Assembly (NCBI GenBank): GCA_013265495.1
Contig: MU057484.1
Location: 1-64,000, forward strand
DNA from: Vicugna vicugna
Taxonomy: Eukaryota
Reading direction: 5' to 3'
DNA: 64,000 nt
Shown here one piece after another: positions 53,993 to 64,000 of the stretch. The notes under the pieces are model-generated. The model was not told the origin of the DNA. It did not search any database and saw only the letters and a list, made by a program, of their open reading frames with translations. Position 1 is the stretch's first letter, and every line of letters begins with the position of its first letter. A program made the translations under genes and the position numbers.

Positions 53993-56339
53993 GGCACTTC
54001 TCTCCTGACACAACTCAGGGCCTGATTGGAGTGAGACGATCAGTCCCTCACCCTGCCTGCCTAACGGGAAGGTAGAAAACCTCTCATGGAAGATAAGATA
54101 TGGATTTTTCATTTGCAATGTCTGCCATGTAATAAAGAATTTCTAGACATGCAACATGTCAAGACTTCATGATGGATAATATGAGAATAAGAAACATTAG
54201 ACAATGGATGCAAACCCCCAGGTGATGTAGGCATCAGAGTTACCAATAAAGGCTATAAAATACTTTTAATATATTCAAGAAAATAAGGAAATGATGGGAG
54301 AATATATAACAGGGTGAAGACTTTCACCAGAGAAATATACTGGAATGTATTTTTAACAAAAATCAAACAGATAATCTAGAACTGAAGCTTTGAGCTCTGG
54401 AAACAGGTAAACAGAGCTAATAAGGATCCCTTTTAAGTAAAGCTTTCAGTAATGCCGGTTAAAGTACAACAACAACAGTAACACAGAGCTAACTATGGAG
54501 AGAGAAGTTCCCAGGTGACAATACAAAGAGGACACTTAACGCAAAAATGGTAATCTTGTTAGCTGATGCCACCGCACCCTGGAGGGAAGGGGTTTTCATC
54601 TGCACATAAATAGGGATACAATATCCATTTAGGAAAAAGGGTCCATACCAGATGTAGAAGAGTCTTCCTTTATAGAAACCTCTTCATAAGACATATTGGA
54701 AGACTTGCCTCTTCACTGAAAGGGAGAGTCAATGTTCTCCACATGTGCACACAGGAAAGGGGTGAAACAACTTGTTCTCTATGGAAAAACAAAGTCTCCC
54801 TTAAAAAAATCTAATCTCCACGCCCCTGCTTTATATGAATGTGGAATCCAAATTAGTACTCCACTTAAGATTCCGGAATCCCCAAACCAAAAAATATAAT
54901 AATTCAAGGTTGATCATATCACCTGGAGCCTTAGGATATGCAACACAAAATTGTTCTCTAGGGAAACTTCAAAAACCAGGATGTAAGGGGCAATCATAGG
55001 AAAAAAAAATGTACTCACTATAGAGAAGCTCCCACAACTCTACACACACACAGACACACAACTAAAAACAGAAGGAAATAAGTGCCACAGGGAAGAAAGA
55101 GCTAACTGTAAAACACAGGATGATTAATATTCCAGAGCCTAAAACTATGAAACAATCTAAAAGAGAGCATAAAAGAGTATGACTGAACCATTGAAAGATA
55201 AAATGAATTATATATAACATAATGAAAAATCAGGACATCATGAAAAAGAAAACAGATCAATTTTTTTAAAGAACTAAACAGAACTTATGGAAACAAAATA
55301 CAGATATCATTTGGTATATAAAATTCAATGTATGGGTTAAGGAACATTTTAATCTTCAATATCTAGGGTGTTCATTAAAATTCAACAGTAATCTCTAAAT
55401 TAATTGTTTAAAAAGAGAATAAAAATAAAGTAGTCAAAATGAAGAATGCAAAATAGGCCAGTCACTATTCTAAGATCTTCATATATTTTATCACTTAATG
55501 CTCACAAACTTTGAGATGGATAATACCACTTTTTGTATATGAAGAAAGTGAGTCTCAAAGGGATTACATATCCTGGTTACACGGCTGGCAAGGGAGGGAA
55601 CCAAGCCCGGATAGGCTGTCTCTAGACGCAATGCTCTTAACCGTGACTGCAAGGTATATAACAGGCAGGAGAAAAGCAGAGCAAAGCAAATAGAAATCAC
55701 AAAACAAGTTGCCAGAAATAAAACATCATCACTAATCACAATGTATTTAGATGAAATAAATAATGAGTTAAAAGATTTACAGATTTCATTTGTTTACCTG
55801 AGACAAAGCAAAATTAAAACTTAAAACTGGTTGAAAGCTTAGAAGAATAACAGAAAGAAGTCAAAAGTTAAGCCAGAAAAAGAGACACCTGAGAAATACT
55901 AATCAATGGAAAGGGAATCACTCAAGCCTCCCTCAGGTTCATAAGTACCTGAAATCCACCTTGGCCTGACACTTACCAGCTCTGTGCCTGAGCAAAACAC
56001 TCAATCCCCCGGAATCTTCGTTCACTCACCTGTGAATGTAAGGAATGATCCCTCCTTCCATCCTTCCAAATTGTAGTGACTGCTGTGCCACAGGTTATGG
56101 TCAAGCCACCTGAGGTCCGTCAGTGAACAAATAAGGATCCTTGTCCCTGTAGGACTGAGGAAGAGCAGAACATAAACTACAGTCATGGCAGTCATGTGAA
56201 ATATATGGTATTCTAGAAGGTGATAGAAATAATATGATCAAGGAGAGGGGGTTTCTGGGGCAGAGACAAGGGGAAGGCAGTTTCCACTTTAAAATGAGAT
56301 GGCCGGAGCTGGCCTCACTGAGGACCTGGAGAAGGGGGT

Positions 56340-56725
56340 GCTAGTTGCTGAGCTTCCTCTAACACAGCACCGCACACTGGGTGACGGGAACCACAGAGGC
56401 TCACTGTCTCACAGCCCTGGGGGCGGGGAGTCTGCAGGCAGGGTGTCAGCAGGGCTGGTTCCCCCTGAGGGCTGGGAGGGAGAGGCTGGTCCAGGCCTCT
56501 CTCCTTGGCTTGGAGACGACCGTCTTCTCTCCACATCTCGTCACGTCATCTCCCATGTACATGTGTCTCTGTGTCCACATTGCCCCTTTTTATCAGGACA
56601 CAAGTCATACTGGATTAGGGCCAACCCTAATGACCTCTTCTTAACCAATGACATCTGCAACAACCCTATTACCAAATGGGGTCATGTTCTGTAGTCCTGA
56701 AGGTTAGGACTTCAGCATATGAGTT
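56340..56725. mobile_element. MaLR MLT1-type LTR
   Basis: aggacacaagtcatactggattagggccaaccctaatgacctc, ggttaggacttcagcatatga. Confidence 0.8.
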
Positions 56726-57139
56726 GGATAGAGACTGGCCAAGGCAACAGGCCTGTGGGTGCATGTCTGATGTCCCCAATGTCCAGCAGGGAGGCCAGTG
56801 TTCCTGGAGCGGAGTGAGCCAGGGAGAAAACTGGAGATGAGCTCAGCTTGGGGAGGGGGAGGATATCTGTAAGGTCACCATAAGGACTCTCGCTTCTTCA
56901 CTGAGTGAAATGAGAAGCCATCGCGGGATTTTGAGCAGAGAAGATCACACCCAGGGTCACAATCATGCCTGACTTAGGCGATGAGGATGAAAATATTTAG
57001 GTTTTTGAGCTGATAATAGTTAGACTACATGTTGGACTTTGAGTTGATGGTATAGTAAATGAGACTCTGTAGGGTTTTGGGATGAGGTGGATGCATTTTG
57101 CATGTGGGATGGACAAGAACCAGTGGGGCCAAAGGGAAG

Positions 57140-57592
57140 AACTTGGTAGAAAAATGGCCCCCAATATGTCCACGGTCTGATCCCTAGAACCTGGGAATAT
57201 GTCACTGTACATGGCAAAAGGGACTCTGCAGGTGTGACTGTCAAGGATCTTAGGATGGCAGATCACTGTGGGAAAGCAAACGTCATCATGGACTTACTTA
57301 GAGGAGAGAGGCAGGTTGGTCAGAGACAGAGATGTGAAGTGGCAGCAGACGTCACAGTGACACAGGGCCCTGGGCCAAGGAGTGTGAGCACCTCTGCAAT
57401 CTGGGAAAGGTAGGAATATGAGTCCCTCCCAAGAGCCTCAGTGTGGAACATAGCCTTGGCCACACGTTGGTTTTAGCCCACTGACATTGACTTTGCACTT
57501 CTGCACCCCAGAATAGTGAGACAATGGATGTGTGTTACTTTAAGCTACTGAGTCTGTGGTCCGTTTTACAACAGCAATAGGAAAGGAACTCA
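57140..57592. mobile_element. MaLR MLT1-type LTR
   Basis: aaaatggcccccaatatgtccac, acatggcaaaagggactctgcagg, tttacaacagcaataggaaa. Confidence 0.8.
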
Positions 57593-57877
57593 GGAACCAA
57601 TATGAACATGAACCACATGCTGCCTGCTGTGCTGGCAGGGAGTTCTCTGTCTCTGAACCTGGGGGAGTGTCCTGTCTTCTGCAGCATCCACAAACTACCT
57701 CATGCTAACTTGGCAGCTTGCAGGTGGTCAAATCTTAACCCTGAACTGTTCTTGATATTTAGCTAATAAAAAAGATGGTGTCATCATGGGTATTTTTCCA
57801 TCTTTTAAATACACTTCAGTCTTCTAATTGAGAGACCGTGTATATAGTTTTCAATCTTAATAATAAATAACTGTGGT

Positions 57878-57883
57878 TTTATT
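57878..57883 (-). terminator. Candidate polyadenylation signal (AATAAA) of the duplicated MRAP2 3'UTR
   Basis: tttatt on the + strand, ~1.5 kb downstream of the MRAP2 stop, in AT-rich UTR-like sequence. Assignment is inference. Confidence 0.4.
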
Positions 57884-59406
57884 TGGTTACTTAAATTATG
57901 AATAATAATATTCACATTAGTAAAAGTTATTAAAATCAACATTCTTCAATGAAAATATCAAGTTTCTTTTTGCATGAATATGTATTAACTACAAGAATTG
58001 TTCCATGCTTTGTTCTACGATTTAGTGTTAGAGTCTTAAAGAATAATATTTTCCTCAAAAGATATTATGGCGAGGGGATTTCTTTCGGTGGTACATTTCC
58101 TACATAAAATATGGTGCATGGCTCAGGCAACTGGGAACCTAGAGATGACAGAAATAAGGAGGCATTATAAACACAGAACAATTTTTAAAGGAATTAAAAA
58201 ACTGGATGTGTGAAAACAATGGATCAGAGAATATTCTGGTGAAATAAAAGTATTTTTCAGCTTAAGCAAGACACTGGGTGAATAAATCTAAAATGAAAAA
58301 AACACCCATAGATTAGCAGCGAGTCATGCATGCAGTGTGACTGATCAAAACCAAGTTGTTTCCAAACCAGTGTGCAGGCTTGATGCCTTCATGAATCAAG
58401 TCTGTGTAGCACCAGTCCACCTCGAATACATGTTGATGAGGTATTTATAAGCCCTTCACCATCCCAGCTCAAAGCCCACACACGAGCCACACAACCACCA
58501 CCTACACGTCTGCAAAATACACATCATGGTGAATATCACTTTTCTTGCTCAGCAGCTGGTGGCAGGGCACTGAGAGCAGACACAGATACAGGGACACAGG
58601 GACACAGAGGCACCTCCCCTCACTCAGCTGATTACCTTCCGTGCATTCCTGGGGACAGGATTGTCATAAAATTCACCATGCATTGATCCTCCTCCTAGGA
58701 AAGAAACAACAGGTTTGTCCTCAGGTTTGAGCAAGAGTGGCTGGGGGATCTCAGAAGAGCTGTTTCAGCACAACCAATAGAAATGATGGCCACCGTGACC
58801 ACGAGAGACGTCTCCTGCCATCTCGGTAGGCACTTGGGCTCCTGACAAAAGCTGGGCTCAGTAAAGTGTTGAGTGGGAGGCACAGACCTGAGGGAGGCCC
58901 CAGCAATAGGCAGGAGGTAGGGCCTGGTTTATACTGCTCTGGGTGTATCCCAGCCTCATCCGAATAAGAAATCAGAAATTTGCAAAACAGCAGAGCTGTG
59001 ATGGATCACCTACTCCAGACTCCTCTCCTTACAGTTAAAAGGGTGGCAGCCCTGAGAGACAAAGCAACGTGCTAAAGGCAGAGCGTGGAATGGCAGTTCC
59101 AGATAAAACGCACCGTGCCAACCCCCGTTCTAGGCCGCTAACACTGAGTATGGGGCCAAGGTTTCCAACTAGGAGAATGAGACAGTGTAAATTCTTTGTT
59201 CCCCCCAAAACCCCAAATGTTTTTTAAAGGCACAAAAACTCACCTTAACTAGCTCTCTTCTGAGGGGGCTCTCTTCTGCTTCTTCGTCTTTCTGTCTCCA
59301 TTTCCCTCTCTCAGACACAAACACATACAATTTTGTGAAAGGGGAATTCCTGCCACACAAAGACAGACTTCACATCTTCAGAAAGACACGTGACAAAGCA
59401 CATTTC

Positions 59407-59796
59407 TCAATTCAAGTCTTTGTGTGAGGTCTGAACAACTGGTTTATATTCTAGAACAATTGGTGGTTCCAAAATCAGGAGATCATCTTCCCCAAAGAAA
59501 GAGTTCTGGTCTGTGTTGATGAAGTTGGGGATGTCACATTTCATGAGCCTGTTCGGCTCCTCCTCTGGCCACCTGCTGCATCTGATAGCTTCCTGGAGCC
59601 GAATATCACTGTCAAGGGCAATGGTTGAGATACCAGCATTGGCCTTGTCCAAGTGGTCCACTTCATAGACATAGCAGTGAAAGAGGGACCTAGATTTGTC
59701 ATTGCACTGCCAGAGAACACCTTGGGCACCAGCGGTCTTCAAAAGTCTGACACAAAGCTGTTCAGTCTGAATCTCTTCTCGGGAGACTCTGCATTG
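59407..59796 (-). pseudogene. MRAP2: MRAP2 (melanocortin receptor accessory protein 2) terminal coding exon, pseudogenised
   Basis: ttttctttatag|C AAT GCA GAG: NAESPEKRFRLNSFVSDF*RPLVPKVFS/(1-bp deletion)QCNDKSRSLFHCYVYEVDHLDKA...DIPNFINTDQNSFFGEDDLLILEPPIVLEYKPVVQTSHKDLN* versus recalled MRAP2 DNAESSEKRFRMNSFVSDFGRPLEPDKVFSRQGNEESRSLFHCY...QTSHKDLD. TGA at 59739-59741. Confidence 0.95.
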
Positions 59797-60039
59797 CTAT
59801 AAAGAAAACCAAAATAAAAGATTGCTCACACTCTAGCTTGGTGACCTGAAGAATCATACTTTTTGCCATCTACTGAGTGCAAGTCCATGCACAGAGCACG
59901 CTTACAAGCACTGGAAGTGAGAGACATCACTTCTGAACACATACAATTAAACCCAAGGCAAAAGTCTCAAGTGAGGGCCCTTGGACCATCCTGAAAAGAC
60001 ATCTTTCCCTGAGAATCCTCACTATTGCTATATCACACA

Positions 60040-60210
60040 ACACTGTTTCTCAATGGGACACTCAGATCATCTTCATCAGAATTAGTTAAAGTGCTTCTTA
60101 AAATGCAGAATTCTGGGGTACAGATACTCAGCGTCTCCAGAGGTAGGGACAGGTAGTCTGTATTTTCAGAGCCGCCAAGATCACTAAACACGCTAAGGTT
60201 TAACACCGCC
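60040..60210. mobile_element. MER5-like hAT DNA transposon remnant
   Basis: cactgtttctcaa...catcagaatt...cttcttaaaatgcagaattctgggg...gtctgtatttt...ctaaggtttaacaccgc. Confidence 0.55.
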
Positions 60211-60833
60211 ATGTACATCGGGTCACCTGAGCATAGACAATGCTGTCTCATGCGGTGGGGGGTTGCCATGTGTGTCAGGGTGCTGTCCTACCCATGAGAC
60301 TCCCCTGATTCTCAGAACTGACAGTGCTGCCCCATTGGGCAAGAAATACCACCAGTTTACAATGCATACACAGGGCGCCCGACTGACAGATACTATCAGT
60401 GGTAGGAGAGGGCACAAAACTCAGGTTCCTGATCCCTCGTTTCACTTACTATGGGACAAATGATCAATTCAAGGGTAATAAATCAGTGAATGAGTGAATA
60501 ACATGACTCTCGTTAGTCCCAAGAGTGCCTGGAAGAGCAAGCCTGGGCACACTGAGAACCATCCCATCTACTTAAATGTCATCCTTCCCAGATTTATGTA
60601 AAGGTTACTTCCACCCAGGCAGTGACTCCTGAAGGGCAAGAATCATGTCTGAACACACTCTCAAATCCAGAACAGAACCTGACAAAAATTAGGCTCTGGA
60701 GTCTGTGTTAAGGGAGTGTGGAATCTCAGTGATTCCAGCTCTTACACCTTGCCTTCCCATCCCACCCCTCATGATATGGCCCTTATGACCAGTTCTCCCG
60801 GGGCTGGGGCCACGGAACCAATTTACAGGACTG

Positions 60834-61097
60834 GGAGAATCTGATCATATAAACCATCCCCCAGATAATCATCAAGAGTCACCTGCATTTCAGGGATCAG
60901 TAATCCCAGAAGCTTTGCAGTTCAGGCAGCTGAGGGATTTTTATATCAGCTGTGTCTTCTTGTGAGGAGAATCTGATCATATAAACCATCCCCCAGATAA
61001 TCATCAAGAGTCACCTGCATTTCAGGGATCAGTAATCCCAGATGCTTTGCAGTTCAGGCAGCTGAGGGATTTTTATATCAGCTGTCTTATACTGTGA
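60834..61097. repeat. Near-perfect 132-bp tandem duplication
   Basis: ggagaatctgatcatataaacc...ttatatcagctgt repeated at 60834 and 60966; one mismatch in the core (gaagct/gatgct). Confidence 0.95.
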
Positions 61098-61734
61098 CTG
61101 CCTGGGTGACATCAGACAAGGAATTCTCAAAAGCCTGAGCTTTTCCTTTCAGGAATAATCTACTTAACAAATCTCATTGACCATTTAACAAATGTGATGT
61201 GAAGATCAATGATTTACACAGGAGTACAACATTCACTAGGTCGTGGATTTTGAATCCGAGAAAAATCATTTGAGAAAGATTGACAGAATGTAGCTTTAAT
61301 GCAAATTTAAGTATTCTTACCTTTCAGTAAATCATCTTCTTCCCCTACTTGTCACTTCACCCAAGTTTAAAAGATGTTTGAGAACAGGGATGAGTGTGCC
61401 AGCATTCTGTGACCCAATAACCTAAAATGTCACCTAGGAAAAAGAGGGGAGTAACACATTTTTAAAAAGTATGGTGAGGACAGTGAGACCATCCTCCAAC
61501 TTCACACTAAGAAGCTCTGAGTAATAACTTTCCTGCCTGCCTGGGGCATCAGCTGATGTGAAAACCCACCTAGAAACCACAGTGTCCAGCAGCTCTTCTG
61601 TAACACAGGCTATACTTTCTCAGGATTAAGAATTGGGTCAAGTAACCCCTTCGCTGAAGAATAAACACAAAGGAGAACAAGAGAGTTCTTCCCCTCCCCA
61701 GGGGAGAGCCCAGACCTTGGGCTGCATGCACTGC

Positions 61735-63830
61735 GCCCACCTCCCAGGAGAAGGATAAACTGGAGAAGGACGTCCTGTGAAACTAGGGCAGCAAAGGTAG
61801 AGATGGGAACAAATTGACCAGCTGGCCTGGGACAGCCCCCTCCGTCGCTGCCTTGGCGGCTGCCTCTGCCCCTTCAGCACATCCTGCCCACCTCTGGTGG
61901 CTAAGCTGTCAGGGAAACAGTGCTTTGCGACCTGGGGCAACAGAGGCTGCCCCCAGGCCAAACTGCTGGGGAGATGGGAGCAAAACCACTAGCTCCCAAG
62001 TGGCAGGCTCCATACCTCGCCATCACCCCGCCGCCCCCGCACCTTAACGCACCCCCGGTGCAATATGACCCTGAGAAGGGTGACCTGGAAACGAGGCGCA
62101 ACAGAGGCCGCCCCCACGTCAGGCCTCCAGAGAGATGGGAGGTTATCCTTCAGCTCGCAATAGGCAGCACCCCTCTCCTCTCAACCCCCTGATCCAACCG
62201 CCCCCACCTCCCAGGAGCAACCTGACCTGGTGTGGTGTGTCAGGTGAATCTTGGGCGGGAGAGGCTGTTCCCAGGTGAGGTCAGGGGAAAGGAGAAGAAG
62301 TGGCCCCATTAGGTGGGGCAGCTGCGATGGGAGGCTCGACCTCATCGCGTCCGCCTCCCAGGAGCAAGCTGACCTGGAGACGGGCATCCGGCTTCTTGGG
62401 CAGCAGAGGACGTCCCCAGGATTGGCCACGGGGAAGAGGGGAGCAAATTGACAAGCTCTGAGCTGCAGGTCCTCTACCCCCGCCGTCGCCACTCTCGCAC
62501 CTTAAAGGCACTTCCCAGGGCGCCCCTCCCCAGCAGGCTGAATGGGACAGGTGTGGCTGCTGATCTGGGGCAGGAGAGTCCACTCCCACACCAGGCCATC
62601 GAGGAGACGGGAACCAATCCACCAACTCCCCAAGGCATCCCCATCCCCCCGCATCAGCCACTGCTCCTGCCCCCTGACCTCACGGTGGCCTCTTCAAGGG
62701 AGCAGGCTGACCTGGAGATGGACGTCCGGCGAACTTGGGGCAACAGGGACTGCCCCCAGGGCAAACCATGAGGGGAAATGGGAGCAAATGGACCGGCTTC
62801 ATGGGAAAACCCTCCGCTGATGCCACCATCCCCAACATACCACGCCCGCCTCCCGGGGTCAGGCTGACTAGGATACACGTGTCCCGTAACCCAGGGCAAC
62901 AGAGACCGCCCCCAGGACAAGCCTCGGGGAAGATGGGAGCAAATGGGCCCGCTTCCCCGCTGCAGGCCCCCGACCCCCGCCACCCCTGCACCCTGACTAC
63001 CCTGCCTCCCGCCCCCAGTTGGCTAAGTGGGACAGGGGTGTCCCGGGACCTGGGGCAGCAGAGGCCGCCTGCAGGCCACGCGGTGCAGACATGGAGCTAA
63101 TCCACAAGCTACCACAGGGCAGCCTCCCTATCCTCGCAAACACCAACTTACCAGCTCCCTGACCGCACCGCACCCATCTCCCAGGAGCAAGCTCACCTGA
63201 AGTCGGACCTCAGGCAAATCTCCGGCAGACGTCGCCCCTAGGCCAGGCCGCGAAGGAGAGAAGAAATGGAGCAGCTCCCTGGAATGGCCCCCTCCCCCTG
63301 GCGCCGCCACCCCGCCTCCCGGGGGCAAGCTCACCTGGAGACCGGCGTCCCGCCTCTAGGGCAGAGGAGGCCGCTCCCAGGCTCCACCGCGGGGGAGAGC
63401 GGAGAGAATAGACCGGCTCCCCCGTGGCAGCCCCCCTACCCCCGTGGGCCCCGCAGCTTAACGACACCGCCTCCACTCCCAACTCAGCAAGATGAGTGGG
63501 ACAGCTGTGTCCGGCGACCTGGGGCAGCAGAGGCCGCTTCCAGGCCCGGCAACCGGGAGAAGGCAGCTTTTCCACCAGTTCGCCAGAGGCAGCCCAGCTC
63601 CGCCCCCCTGCCGCTGCCGCCGCCCCCTGACCTAACCGCCCCACCTCCCAGGAGCAAGCTTACTTGGAGTCCAACATCTGGCGAATCTCCGGCAGCCAAG
63701 GCCCCCCCAGTCCAGGCTGCAGGGAAGAGAAGAAATCGACTGGCTTGCCCGGGCAGCCTCCCACCCGCCGCCGCCGCCGCCAACCATTGCACTAGCCTCC
63801 TGGGGTCAGGCAGACTGCGAGGATGTGCAC
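61735..63830. repeat. GC-rich degenerate satellite, ~150-165-bp monomer, ~13 copies, with a ~480-bp trimer higher-order period
   Basis: Recurring cctcccaggagcaagctgacctggag...gacctggggcagcagaggccgcccccaggcc...ggggaagatgggagcaaat. ccaggagcaa occurs at 62211, 62358, 63181 and 63648. Confidence 0.85.
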
Positions 63831-63861
63831 TTGCCTTCTGATCCTGGCCACGTGCCTGAGC

Positions 63862-63997
63862 ACCTCCCTGCACCCCTACACTCCCTGTACCTCTGCACCC
63901 CTGCCACTCTCTGCACTGCCTGCACCCCCGCATCCCCTGAACTGCCTGCACCCTCCAAAGCCCCTGCACCCCTGCCACCACTTACACCTTTGCACTG
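63862..63997. repeat. Degenerate (CCTGCACC)n / (GGTGCAGG)n short-period repeat
   Basis: ccctgcacccctacactccctgtacctctgcacccctgccactctctgcactgcctgcaccc. Confidence 0.85.
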
Positions 63998-64000
63998 TGT

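Noticed and set aside
59407..59742. 111-aa ORF as an intact small gene
   Set aside because: It starts at a non-ATG codon in the wrong frame and is only the post-frameshift part of the MRAP2 exon.
61638..63981. Many overlapping ORFs up to 191 aa
   Set aside because: By-product of the GC-rich satellite; monomer lengths vary and no frame is maintained.
60834..63997. CRISPR-like or other prokaryotic repeat-spacer system
   Set aside because: Mammalian context; repeats are degenerate tandem monomers without constant repeats, unique spacers or cas genes.

Overview
Mammalian, repeat-rich genomic DNA, probably camelid: it carries tRNA-derived Vic-1-like SINEs and short L1 tails of a type I associate with camelids. 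I find no intact protein-coding gene. The window is a mosaic of intron-retaining, decayed gene copies on the minus strand. (1) About 37 kb of the 5' part of TRAPPC9 (NIBP): the CpG-island promoter/exon 1 region at ~45.3-46.2 kb and exons 2, 3, 5, 6 and 7 in the correct order. Most splice sites survive, but the exons carry stops, frameshifts and deletions, and exon 4 was not found. (2) The terminal coding exon plus probable 3'UTR of MRAP2 (~57.9-59.8 kb), with a nonsense codon and a frameshift. These two genes are on different chromosomes in human. The right end runs into a GC-rich ~160-bp degenerate satellite with a trimeric higher-order structure, followed by CCTGCACC (GGTGCAGG) repeats. This layout resembles pericentromeric/subtelomeric segmental-duplication patchwork. 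The left end is an AT-rich ERV1-type provirus remnant with its 3' LTR. Several solo LTRs, L1, MLT1, SINE and DNA-transposon fragments fill the introns. Gene identities and reference exon sizes are recalled from memory of the human proteins, not from a database search.
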